Origin: a virus
Taxonomy: Duplodnaviria; Caudoviricetes
Virus record (IMG/VR): IMGVR_UViG_3300049178_000008
Coordinates: 1-29,574 of that record
Reading direction: 5' to 3' (one strand)
DNA: 29,574 nt
Position 1 is the stretch's first letter, and each line of letters begins with the position of its first letter. The notes below the pieces were generated by a model that worked only from the letters and a program-made list of their open reading frames with translations, searched no databases and had not been told where the DNA came from. The position numbers were made by a program, and so were the translations under genes. Shown in pieces: positions 7,480-16,519 of this stretch.

Positions 7480-7970
7480 AGCCAAATACTAAAGAAACAT
7501 TTCTCACTTACGTTGAAAAAGACGACTCGGGATGCTGGCTTTGGCAAGGAAGTATGACCGGAGGAGGTTATGGTCAAACGAGATTAGGGCGGTGCCGCCG
7601 AGCACACAGAGTGTCATGGTTGCTATTCAGGGGTGAAATTCCCGCTAATCTCTGCGTGCTACACAAATGCGACGTTAGGTCTTGTGTTAATCCGGATCAT
7701 CTCTGGCTTGGGACGCATAACGACAATATGCGGGACATGTTCAACAAAAGCCGCCAAGCGTGGGGTGAACGACACGGTAAGGTTAAACTAACCCCAACTC
7801 AAGTTAGAAGAATTCGAGAGGAATATGTTTACCGCTCTAGAATATATGGTAGTGAAGCATTAGGCCGCAAATACAACGTGTATCCAACGGCTATTCTCAA
7901 GATCGTTTCTGGTCAAAATTGGAGTGATAAAGGTGGGAATCAACTGAGCGATGATTACTGGGGGGAATAA
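7476..7970 (+). CDS. HNH homing endonuclease (His-Me finger, HNH_3-type) with C-terminal HTH
   Basis: SGCWLWQG..GYG..AHRVSW..VLHKCDVRSCVNPDHLWLGTHNDNMRDM; GERHGKVKLT. Confidence 0.92.
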   Translation: MKPNTKETFLTYVEKDDSGCWLWQGSMTGGGYGQTRLGRCRRAHRVSWLLFRGEIPANLCVLHKCDVRSCVNPDHLWLGTHNDNMRDMFNKSRQAWGERHGKVKLTPTQVRRIREEYVYRSRIYGSEALGRKYNVYPTAILKIVSGQNWSDKGGNQLSDDYWGE

Positions 7971-8200
7971 TGGCTGTCTTACTAACTGATATTCTAATGG
8001 TTCCCTGTCATACCTGTGACGGGACGGGATTGATCACGGAGCCTGTCTTTGGCGGCTGGTCATCGGTGCTTAACTGCCGGAGGATCATCGGCTATGAACC
8101 GGCTGAATGCCCGGACTGTGAAGGCGGGTATGTGGAAGCCTGCGAGTTGTGCCGACAGGAAGTGAAGTTCTGTAACTGCGAGGAGCAAGCCAATGACTGA
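7970..8200 (+). CDS. Small Cys-rich (DnaJ-like Zn finger) protein
   Basis: CHTCDGTG, CPDCEGG, CELC, CNC. Confidence 0.65.
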   Translation: MAVLLTDILMVPCHTCDGTGLITEPVFGGWSSVLNCRRIIGYEPAECPDCEGGYVEACELCRQEVKFCNCEEQAND

Positions 8201-8443
8201 CCCTGAACCGGGAACTTATGGCGCAATAAACCGCGACGATTATCCTGCACTGGTGACTATCGGCATACCCTTCTATGGTAAGCATCTGCTTGTGTGGGCC
8301 ATGAAGTTTAAGGACGGTCGGGTGGCGCAGGTATTGATGATGGAATCTGAGTGGGCTGCGTTGCCTGAAGAAACCCGCGAGCGTTTAAGCCATAAGGCGG
8401 GAGAATGGAAAGAACCCGAGGAGCAAGCCAATGACTGACCCTG
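8179..8443 (+). repeat. 27-bp perfect direct repeat spanning RBS, stop and start
   Basis: CGAGGAGCAAGCCAATGACTGACCCTG at 8179-8205 and 8417-8443. Confidence 0.95.
8193..8438 (+). CDS. Hypothetical protein, 81 aa
   Basis: GAGGAG RBS; bounded by the 27-bp repeats. Confidence 0.65.
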   Translation: MTDPEPGTYGAINRDDYPALVTIGIPFYGKHLLVWAMKFKDGRVAQVLMMESEWAALPEETRERLSHKAGEWKEPEEQAND

Positions 8444-9258
8444 TAGCCGCCGCAAAGGAACTACTAGCCAATTCTGAACTGATCGAGACGGTCGTTGGAG
8501 TAGACATTGCTGACATTCTTGCCGGTCTACTCGCTGAGTTGCAGGCATCCCGGAAAGACGCTGACCTTGGCGAACTCTGTGAGAACTGTGACGCATGGAC
8601 AGGCAAAGACAATGGCCGCGTTTTATCGACTAGGACAGATTCGCGGAACGTCATTCGGTTACGCTCAAGGGCTGCGGGTTGCAGAAGCGTGGAAAATCAG
8701 GGCGTTGAAGGCGGAACGAAACCAATGAACAACGACGACACCATTACCACCATCGCTCGCAGGGCTGCGGAGAAGGCTGTCGAAGCAAGAGGCGTTGACG
8801 GCATCAGTGTAAGACGCCTGAATGAATTATGGGAGCAATCTCAAGTCAATGGGCGCACTGACGACGATCTGTACGGGCGACTACGTGATCAAGAAATGGA
8901 CAGCGTTGTACGGTTGGAAATTGACAGACTCGCCGAACTCATCGCCTCCGTCCTGCGTGAGTCTCCTGATTGGGAACACACCCATGAACATGATCGGAAA
9001 CTAATTGCTCGTGATGGATGGATGTGCGAGCAACACCCTGGTCGAGAATGGCCGCATGATGACTGTGCTAGCCCCGGCCAATCATGGAGGATCGAAGGTC
9101 GGGAGCGAATAGAATCCGTCCTGCGTGAGAGCGATTTGCTTGCCGCTGCCCGTGAAGATGAACGGGAAGCGTGTGCGAAGATGTGCGATATGCGTGGACG
9201 GCGATTAGCGGGAACGGAGATTCGAGCTAGGGGAAGGACAAAGAAATCGGTAAATTGA
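8431..9258 (+). CDS. Mosaic hypothetical phage protein (possible second start at 8725)
   Basis: GAGGAG RBS; C-terminal EREACAKMCD..EIRARG motif typical of small phage accessory proteins. Confidence 0.6.
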   Translation: MTDPVAAAKELLANSELIETVVGVDIADILAGLLAELQASRKDADLGELCENCDAWTGKDNGRVLSTRTDSRNVIRLRSRAAGCRSVENQGVEGGTKPMNNDDTITTIARRAAEKAVEARGVDGISVRRLNELWEQSQVNGRTDDDLYGRLRDQEMDSVVRLEIDRLAELIASVLRESPDWEHTHEHDRKLIARDGWMCEQHPGREWPHDDCASPGQSWRIEGRERIESVLRESDLLAAAREDEREACAKMCDMRGRRLAGTEIRARGRTKKSVN

Positions 9259-9860
9259 ACGCTAAATTGTTAATAGGCCGCGAACGTGAGGACGCTATCC
9301 GCACTATTCGTGAATGTCATTACACGCGAAGCGTTCCGAGCGGTAAGAGTCACTATATTCGGTTCGGAACAGCCATAATAGTTTGGTCGATTCCGGCAAA
9401 TAAAAATATCGCCAGATTTTTACTCAAAACTGGGACGGTGTGGGAATTATCGCGCTTGTGGGCACCGGATGGACACCCCAAAAATTTATTAACGCAAGCA
9501 ATAGCAGGTGCGGTAAAGATGATTCGTAATTTAGAGAATCCCGACTGCCTTGTTAGTTATGCAGACCCAAACGCCGGACATCACGGCGGCGTGTACAAAG
9601 CTGCATCGTGGATTCCACACGGTCAGAGTGAAGAAGTCAGAGCATACCGAGGAGTCAATGGGGAGATAGTAGCGCGCCGGGCGTTTCACTCTGGACGCAG
9701 GGCTTTGCGAAAGAGCGAAATAGAAAGTCTCGGATTCAAAGAGTTAAAACTACCCGGAAAGCAACGATTTGTACGGCCATTAACGGCGCAAGCGAAAACA
9801 CATTTCAAAAACTACGAAGCGCCAACCAGTGTGCGAGCCAGAGGAAAGGATGAAGCCTAA
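9255..9860 (+). CDS. mom: Mom-family (GNAT fold) adenine-modification protein
   Basis: HYTRSVP, WELSRLW, LVSYADPNAGHHGGVYKAASW, K.RFV match the Mu Mom-like pattern (HY..; ELxRL; SYAD..GH.G.IY.A.NW). Confidence 0.8.
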   Translation: MNAKLLIGREREDAIRTIRECHYTRSVPSGKSHYIRFGTAIIVWSIPANKNIARFLLKTGTVWELSRLWAPDGHPKNLLTQAIAGAVKMIRNLENPDCLVSYADPNAGHHGGVYKAASWIPHGQSEEVRAYRGVNGEIVARRAFHSGRRALRKSEIESLGFKELKLPGKQRFVRPLTAQAKTHFKNYEAPTSVRARGKDEA

Positions 9861-12268
9861 TGATCGATCTTCCAGTAAACCGTAGAAGTGTCATTCGTCT
9901 CTACTGTGCTGTCTGACTTGCGGGCGTTAATTATAAAACTTGTTCCATTGACAATGGTTCCTATCTCCAACACCCCTCTCGCGGCCCCGGCTCCCACAAT
10001 CTTATTCAACAGGATCGTGTCCCCTGTTACCACCTCAGCAGTACTTATTGTGGCTGTTCCACTTCCCAGATTTACCGTTCCTTCCACAACCCCTGTGGAG
10101 TATTGATTCCCGGTATGAAAAGTCGAGGCTGAATAAGTCGCCGGCGTCGTGTTCCCTGCCAATTTATTATCTTTAATGTGATTTCGGGTCCCTCCGGCTC
10201 CCACAACCCCCGTTGCCCATCCCGTGGCTGTGTTCCCCTGGCAGATGACATCCGTGGCGCTGCTGAGATCGATTCCGGTTCCCGTACCTCCATTCAACAG
10301 GTAGTTACGGGAAACCGATCCTCCGGCGAAAACTGCAATGACGCCGCTGCCGCCACCGCCTACAGTGTCAACAATGTTCCCGTCTATCTGAACCCGGTTG
10401 TTGGTGCCCCCGGTAACGTTGATGCCGTGTACCCCGATGGTTTTCAGCACGTTCTGAGCAATACTCAGATTCGTCGTTGAGGAGGCCACATAGATCCCTG
10501 TTCCCGTGATAGTCTTGAGGGTGTTTCCTGTGATTACCGAATTAACAAGCGAGTTTCCTGAAACACACAGAATCCCGTTATCGAAAGCTCCCGAGATCAC
10601 GTTTCCTGCCACTACCAGACTATCGCAGGCGCCGGTGAGTTTGATTCCTTCCTGGGTAATAGCGATGATTGAATTATTCGCCAGCACTCCAATCGTTACG
10701 GTGGAAAACACAATCCCGTCCTGCGTGGAGGTTCGGATCACATTTCCTACAGCGGAGCAGTAGTTGACCGTGTTGAATACGATTCCACCCACCGGAATAA
10801 CGCCAGTAGTCATTTGCTGCCCTACGGTGTCAAAGAGATTTCCCTGTACGGTTACTCGATCCGTGGAGACTACGTAACATCCTTCCCCTGCGGTGTTATA
10901 GACTCGATTGCCTTCAATGAGGATGTTCGTGTTCGTTATCGAATTGCCATACGATCCCACTCCATATCCTGAGCCAGCGTGATTCGTAGACAGTTTGTTG
11001 TTCTGATTGACCCAGTTCCCCATGATGTCGCTGTCTGTACAATCAATCAGGAGAATTGAGAACCCTACAAAGGAATCATGAACATTGTTGTTGCGAATGT
11101 GAATCCTGGAAGCAGTCTGAGCCCACTGGACAATATCGTAAGAAGAAGCAAAGGCATCCCCTCCACCTATGGCGCCGTTGGCTGAAACATCACAATTCAC
11201 AATCCAAACGTCCGTGGAGTTCGTGCATCCTATTCCTACCTGGGGCCCTGAGACGGGGGTGAAAGTCGCTCCGCTTTGCCAGATGTTATCTATCTTCACG
11301 TCTGCAGCGGAGTTCACATAAACCCCTCGGGACAAGGTGGAAGTTCCCGACGATCCGGTGACTTTGAAGTTACTCAACCTCACATGTGATCCGGTGATCA
11401 GAACCCCTTCGGCAATTCCTGCGGCATTCTGGAAGAACAGCTCAGAGGTATACCCTGATCCAAAGATGGCCGCATTGCTCCCTGAGACAGTGATGGCTGA
11501 AGAGCACGTTAGCCGATACTCCCCCAGTAAGAGGATGATGTTGCTTGAGATAGTCAGGGGAGCCGTGACTGTGAGGTTGGTATAAAGCCCTCGCGCATCC
11601 ACTACCCCTCCGTTTCCTCCCAGGGCTGTGATAGCGGCGGCGATCTGAGCTCCCGCGTTTGCTCCGGTAACATTATCCACCAGACGAATGGTAGCCGTGG
11701 AAGATGGGAGAACCGGATCATTCGTACCTTTGGCAATCGGACTGATTGAGGAAACAGGAGCCACGCTTAATTTGGTGATCCCTTTAGTGTTTGCGCTCGC
11801 GTCCGGCGCCGGAGAGAGAGTGTTGAAGTAATTCTGTACCTGCGTGGCTGTCCAGTAAACCAGAGGAGGATTAACAATCACCGTGGCTTGGTTATTGACC
11901 ACTAACTGTTCGTAAGTAATCACTCCCCCGGGATAACTCGCTTGGGCAGGGATGAACCATCCTTGAAAGAGATAGTCTTTCGGAGTGTTCCCCTGGAAGA
12001 ACCGGGCAAAGACCTGAATTGATTGTGGTGTGGGATTCTGTGCATCAAGAGTCGTGAATACATTCACTGCCGTAACGGTGATGATTCCCGTGGTCGGATC
12101 AACCGTACAGGGAGTGCTTACATAAAACCCTGTGTTTCCGGTTCCCGGCATGACCGTAAGGTTATTTACATCCTGGAACTGCTGGGCGTACCAGAGCCTC
12201 AAAGTGACTGGCTGAGTTCCCGTGATTCCTGAATTCGGATTGGCTTGAAATGTGTCCAAAGTAAGCAT
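9857..12268 (-). CDS. Tailspike/tail fibre with right-handed parallel beta-helix (putative depolymerase)
   Basis: Fibre repeat DASANTKGITKLS, then many PbH1-like I.GN...GI repeats; no signal peptide. Confidence 0.85.
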   Translation of the reverse strand: MLTLDTFQANPNSGITGTQPVTLRLWYAQQFQDVNNLTVMPGTGNTGFYVSTPCTVDPTTGIITVTAVNVFTTLDAQNPTPQSIQVFARFFQGNTPKDYLFQGWFIPAQASYPGGVITYEQLVVNNQATVIVNPPLVYWTATQVQNYFNTLSPAPDASANTKGITKLSVAPVSSISPIAKGTNDPVLPSSTATIRLVDNVTGANAGAQIAAAITALGGNGGVVDARGLYTNLTVTAPLTISSNIILLLGEYRLTCSSAITVSGSNAAIFGSGYTSELFFQNAAGIAEGVLITGSHVRLSNFKVTGSSGTSTLSRGVYVNSAADVKIDNIWQSGATFTPVSGPQVGIGCTNSTDVWIVNCDVSANGAIGGGDAFASSYDIVQWAQTASRIHIRNNNVHDSFVGFSILLIDCTDSDIMGNWVNQNNKLSTNHAGSGYGVGSYGNSITNTNILIEGNRVYNTAGEGCYVVSTDRVTVQGNLFDTVGQQMTTGVIPVGGIVFNTVNYCSAVGNVIRTSTQDGIVFSTVTIGVLANNSIIAITQEGIKLTGACDSLVVAGNVISGAFDNGILCVSGNSLVNSVITGNTLKTITGTGIYVASSTTNLSIAQNVLKTIGVHGINVTGGTNNRVQIDGNIVDTVGGGGSGVIAVFAGGSVSRNYLLNGGTGTGIDLSSATDVICQGNTATGWATGVVGAGGTRNHIKDNKLAGNTTPATYSASTFHTGNQYSTGVVEGTVNLGSGTATISTAEVVTGDTILLNKIVGAGAARGVLEIGTIVNGTSFIINARKSDSTVETNDTSTVYWKIDH

Positions 12269-14805
12269 TAGTGAATTACCGCTGGTCCTCCCAGAACCAG
12301 TCCCTTGATTGTGCTGGAAGCTGCCCCGCCTCCTCCTATCTGGAGAGCCGCATCCAGAGTCGTAAAGTTAACTCCTACATCCGTTCCGTCCGTTGCGGCC
12401 CGATATCCTGGTGAACTCGCGGTCAGCTTATACCCGTGATAATCTCCTCCGGCGTCTGCCGAGGCGGCATTCACGAACATCATCGCCGCGCTACTAGCAA
12501 CACAATTATCCCCGGCCGGCAGGAATGGAGTGATGTTGCTGCACCCCATGGAAGCATTGTCGATTAGGTAATTGTGGTTAATGGTTGATGCGGCCACCCA
12601 TCCCGTACCGCTTTGGTCGTTGTAGCCGTAAGAAATCCAATTTCCTATATTATCTTTAACCGTCGAGCCGGGATTGAGATTTAGGATTTCTATATACCAG
12701 TTGTCACCAATCGCGCCGCCGCCGATGTTTCGAGCCGTGTTATGCGTGAGCGTGGCTCCGCTTCCGCCTTGTAACTTAAGCCAACCTTCGCTGGTAAGGG
12801 TGAATAGGTTGTTATCAACAACAAGTCCGCTGCTGGTTTGGCCGGTTTCATATTCCTCAATTTGACTGAGCGCCATAAATCCGCAGTTCTGAAAGATATT
12901 ACTGCGGATCGTCCAGTTGTTTGTCGAAACCCAGGGTGTAGCTCCGCCTTGACTTACTTGGTTGATTGAGAGCGAACCCACGGCAGACTTCGGCGCAAGG
13001 TTTGGGCCGGTTAAGGCGAAGACATTTCCTTCCCAATCAACGTTATTGCCCATCTTAGATTCTGTAAATCCCTTGCCCAAACTGCCGAGGTTGTCTCCGG
13101 TGGCCGCAATGTCTCGGAAGAGCCTTGCCCAGTCACTATTAACTTCAAATCTGTTTTGGGTGATCGTCACGTCGTGAATAACTAACCCATCAAACTGAGC
13201 CACGCTACCGTTAAGCACCAAAATACCGGCACCGTTGCCGTCGACGTTTGCTGGCTGCCTTCCCCACCATTGATAGGTAACGTTGTTTCCCGAGATAGCG
13301 GTAACTTTACCAACTTGCCACTGAACGTTTGAGACTGGCTGGCCGCCTACAATAAACTTCCATTTCATGCTGCTCCCGGTGACAGCACCAAAACCAGTTG
13401 AATCAACCGGAATTGTGAGATGCGTGCTATCAGTCACGGTCACGCTACCATTTCCACAGCCATTGCCATTACTGCCCCATTGTCCGTTGACCGCCGCCCA
13501 CGAACCGGTAAACCCGCTCACAACTACACACCCTTCGGGCACTAAAACAGTGCCATTTGGATACGTCATCGTTTGCACAGTTAAGGTCGTCGGATTACCA
13601 GCGGTTGCGGTAGTCACCGTCTGATCTTGAAAATTCTTAAAGGCAATTAGGTCGCCAACTTGTAAACTGCCCACACTGGAAAGCGTAACGTGGGTCAAGT
13701 CGGTTACGGCAGTAACCGTAACGATATTAGCCGGATCAATCCACGTGCCACTAGCGCCGCCCATGAAGATCGAACCGTATTGGGCTTGAATATAGTTGTT
13801 GTGGATCGTGTAAGGCCCAGGGCCGGCGTCAATCAAGATGCCGCGCGAGGTGGAGAGGTTCTGCGTGAGCTTATTGATCGTCTGCCCCGTGAACGTGCCA
13901 AACCCAGTAGAATCGATGTTAGTCAGGTTGAAGGAGCTGTCGTAGTTCTGAACCGTGGCGTGGGTAGAGTCCACTGCCGTTACCAGTTTCAATCCGTTAA
14001 GCGCGGCCCACGCACCTGTACCGCCGCTGAAGAAAATTAGATTTTTGTTATTGCTGTAATACCCGATGGGATTAGTGAAAGTCACCTGAACCGGGTTGGC
14101 GTTCGTGGCCGTAACGATAGCCTGATCAACCGAGGGATACTCATAGCCCATAAAGTTGTAGGCGTAGTTGTTCGTTAGCGTAATGTTGGCACCGTTGATA
14201 TGAAACACTTCCTCAGCCGAACGGTAAGGGAGCGGATCGACTTCACCGGGATAAGCGAGGCAGCGGTCGAAGGTGATATCGTGCGGCCAGTGATTGTAGG
14301 TAATTGCGCCCGAGTCGTCGTTTGCAATCAGGTAAGGAGTCCGAATGCTGTTCGGGTAAATATTTTGAGTCGTGAACGCGATGCCTTGGACGGTCCAATG
14401 ATGTGAATCGACCATCAGACTAAGTGCTGGTGTTCCCAAAGAGGTCGGGCTTACCACCTTAGCCATGCTTGAGAGGTTCGACGGGGAAACCCTAACACCT
14501 GCGGGCAATGACAGTCCGGTTGATTGAACGATAATCGGCGTTGTTCCCGCGCCCTTGTTAGTCAACTGAAAAGTGCCCACAAAGGTATCGCCCGGATTTA
14601 AGTTGATCGTGTCGCCTAACGCGGCTGCGTTGATCGCGTCCTGTAGGTTTGAGTAGGCACACGGTTGCCCTGTACCAGAGCCGGGATAGTTCGCGTCGGT
14701 TGTTCCAGTGCATTGCGTGGTTGTGCCGCCAGCATTGCGTGCGTACCAAGTGGTTGCGTGCGCGGCGGTACTTAACAGACAGACGAGAATCAGTATGCGA
14801 ATCAT
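12268..14805 (-). CDS. Secreted beta-helix protein with signal peptide and two inserted beta-domains
   Basis: Likely start MIRILILVCLLSTAAHA|TTWY at 14805; LQDAINAAALGDTINL beta-helix cap; C-terminal YKLTASSPG..DGTDVG. Confidence 0.8.
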   Translation of the reverse strand: MIRILILVCLLSTAAHATTWYARNAGGTTTQCTGTTDANYPGSGTGQPCAYSNLQDAINAAALGDTINLNPGDTFVGTFQLTNKGAGTTPIIVQSTGLSLPAGVRVSPSNLSSMAKVVSPTSLGTPALSLMVDSHHWTVQGIAFTTQNIYPNSIRTPYLIANDDSGAITYNHWPHDITFDRCLAYPGEVDPLPYRSAEEVFHINGANITLTNNYAYNFMGYEYPSVDQAIVTATNANPVQVTFTNPIGYYSNNKNLIFFSGGTGAWAALNGLKLVTAVDSTHATVQNYDSSFNLTNIDSTGFGTFTGQTINKLTQNLSTSRGILIDAGPGPYTIHNNYIQAQYGSIFMGGASGTWIDPANIVTVTAVTDLTHVTLSSVGSLQVGDLIAFKNFQDQTVTTATAGNPTTLTVQTMTYPNGTVLVPEGCVVVSGFTGSWAAVNGQWGSNGNGCGNGSVTVTDSTHLTIPVDSTGFGAVTGSSMKWKFIVGGQPVSNVQWQVGKVTAISGNNVTYQWWGRQPANVDGNGAGILVLNGSVAQFDGLVIHDVTITQNRFEVNSDWARLFRDIAATGDNLGSLGKGFTESKMGNNVDWEGNVFALTGPNLAPKSAVGSLSINQVSQGGATPWVSTNNWTIRSNIFQNCGFMALSQIEEYETGQTSSGLVVDNNLFTLTSEGWLKLQGGSGATLTHNTARNIGGGAIGDNWYIEILNLNPGSTVKDNIGNWISYGYNDQSGTGWVAASTINHNYLIDNASMGCSNITPFLPAGDNCVASSAAMMFVNAASADAGGDYHGYKLTASSPGYRAATDGTDVGVNFTTLDAALQIGGGGAASSTIKGLVLGGPAVIH

Positions 14806-14904
14806 TAGTGTCTTGCTTAGTCTCATTCTTATGCTTCGCTGGTGTGCGCGTTCATCCCCTGGGGTAATGGACAAAGACAACAAGCTCATTAACCGTTAGC
14901 CAAC

Positions 14905-15612
14905 TCACGGCCCCGGCTTGAACGCCGCGCCAAGAGCTATCCATACGTCACTCCCGCCGCCACTAATGCCATTAGGGTGTTCAGTGGTGGAGGCTGCCAA
15001 TTTGTCGAATAGAGTGAAATTGTTATTGGTTGCGCCAACATCAAATTCTCGCAAGGTGTAGCCTGAGCCAATATTGTGCCCGCCACCTGCGCCCGGATCG
15101 CGTATGCTGCCCAATATGAGATCGCCAACCACTACGGTCATATTCCCAGTGTCCGGTGTTAAGCTGGTTCCAGTAGCTTCCAAATGTGTTCGTAACGGAG
15201 TTGAGGCCGCCACGCCACTATATTCAGCAATCAACATACGAGGGAAACTGCCAGCACCCGAAAACGTGACGGTGTTAGTTCCAGCGCTCACCAGACAGTT
15301 AGGTACATAAAACAGTTCCCCTTCCTGTCCGCCAGAATCAGTGATGGCCGCAATTGGTGTGTAGGTGTTCCCGGCACCATCAGAAATACTAAACGTCCCG
15401 CCACCTGCTGAGAACGCCGCAACAACCAGAAGATCGCCTGCTGAGTTTGAGCTAAAGCTTGCGGTGGCGGGCGAGATAGAGTTAGATCCAAACGCGCCCC
15501 TTACAAACGTAGGTGTCTGAGCGCCGCCGTAACCTTTCACACCCGGCCCCGGCCCCATGCCCTGAGCCGCTGCGGTGACACAGAACAGAAGAATCAACAA
15601 AAGAGTTTTCAT
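14905..15612 (-). CDS. Secreted beta-rich protein (signal peptide)
   Basis: MKTLLLILLFCVTAAA|Q, followed by SAGDLLVVA..ISDGAGNTYT..EYSGV..GDLILG beta-sandwich pattern seen in phage appendage proteins. Confidence 0.8.
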   Translation of the reverse strand: MKTLLLILLFCVTAAAQGMGPGPGVKGYGGAQTPTFVRGAFGSNSISPATASFSSNSAGDLLVVAAFSAGGGTFSISDGAGNTYTPIAAITDSGGQEGELFYVPNCLVSAGTNTVTFSGAGSFPRMLIAEYSGVAASTPLRTHLEATGTSLTPDTGNMTVVVGDLILGSIRDPGAGGGHNIGSGYTLREFDVGATNNNFTLFDKLAASTTEHPNGISGGGSDVWIALGAAFKPGP

Positions 15613-16511
15613 CGCACTACTGCCCAGTTTAGGGTAATGGCTCCCGGCGTGATCGAGGAACTGGTGTTATTACAAACCTTGAAGTTTGCTGTGTTTGCGG
15701 TTGGATAAACAATGATCGTCAGCATTCCATTGGCCGAAGCAATGTAACCCGTAACACCCGTAGGATCAGCGTTAAAACTCCACACAATCGAATCGGTGGT
15801 GGCGATCCCCGTTCCCGCTGAAGTCACTACTGACGCACAGGTAGCAGAGTTGATCGCGCCTGTTCCCAGAGCCGCTGTGCCACTGGCAATTGTCCGCGAC
15901 ATAGGGAAGAACGAACCATTGTTGAAAGAACACAGGATTGCATGTGAGCCTGAGTCGGCATAACAAATCCCCACCGAAGCCTGGGCAAGAGCTGCGGAGC
16001 CTTCCTTCAATCCAAATGCACCCCCTGAACCTACGGTCAGTGTAGGCGGGGATGAACCCGTGGAAAGCGAGTTGGCTGTTAAGTTCCCGCTTCCGTCCAC
16101 GTTGGCTAAAGATGACGGAACGGTAACTATTCCTATGCCCGAGGTGGTGGTGACAATGCCATTGGTTGTGAGAGCGCTGATCTTCACCGTTCCAGTGGAG
16201 TCCACTGCGTTCGTTCCATCCGACTTCATTAAGGCATTGGCGGGAGCTGAGTTTGTAATACCCCCTCCGCCTCCACCGCCTCCAAAGGTTGCCACGCAGT
16301 TCCAGGCATTCCCGACCCGGAAAGCAAAGGCTCCCGTGCCGCCTCCGGTGCAGGGGTTCCCCGTGTTACAGTCGCGGCAGTAACGAACGCTGCTGTTGGA
16401 CTGTGCCCCCAGAGAAGAGAAGCTGACAATCAGGAATTGACTGGCAGGCTGGGATGGTCCCTGAGCCAGGGCGGTGATGGGAAGCAGCAAAACAAAGAGT
16501 AGTTTTTTCAT
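15609..16511 (-). CDS. Secreted Cys-containing fibre-like protein (signal peptide)
   Basis: MKKLLFVLLLPITALA|Q; YCRDC..PCTGGGTGAFA..WNC module; poly-Gly hinge; Gly/Ser/Thr-rich shaft. Confidence 0.8.
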   Translation of the reverse strand: MKKLLFVLLLPITALAQGPSQPASQFLIVSFSSLGAQSNSSVRYCRDCNTGNPCTGGGTGAFAFRVGNAWNCVATFGGGGGGGGITNSAPANALMKSDGTNAVDSTGTVKISALTTNGIVTTTSGIGIVTVPSSLANVDGSGNLTANSLSTGSSPPTLTVGSGGAFGLKEGSAALAQASVGICYADSGSHAILCSFNNGSFFPMSRTIASGTAALGTGAINSATCASVVTSAGTGIATTDSIVWSFNADPTGVTGYIASANGMLTIIVYPTANTANFKVCNNTSSSITPGAITLNWAVVR

Positions 16512-16519
16512 GCCGGAAC

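Noticed and set aside
14806-14889. N-terminal extension of the 873-aa ORF
   Set aside because: The signal-peptide pattern fits a start at 14805 (or a few codons earlier), so the extension is probably not translated.
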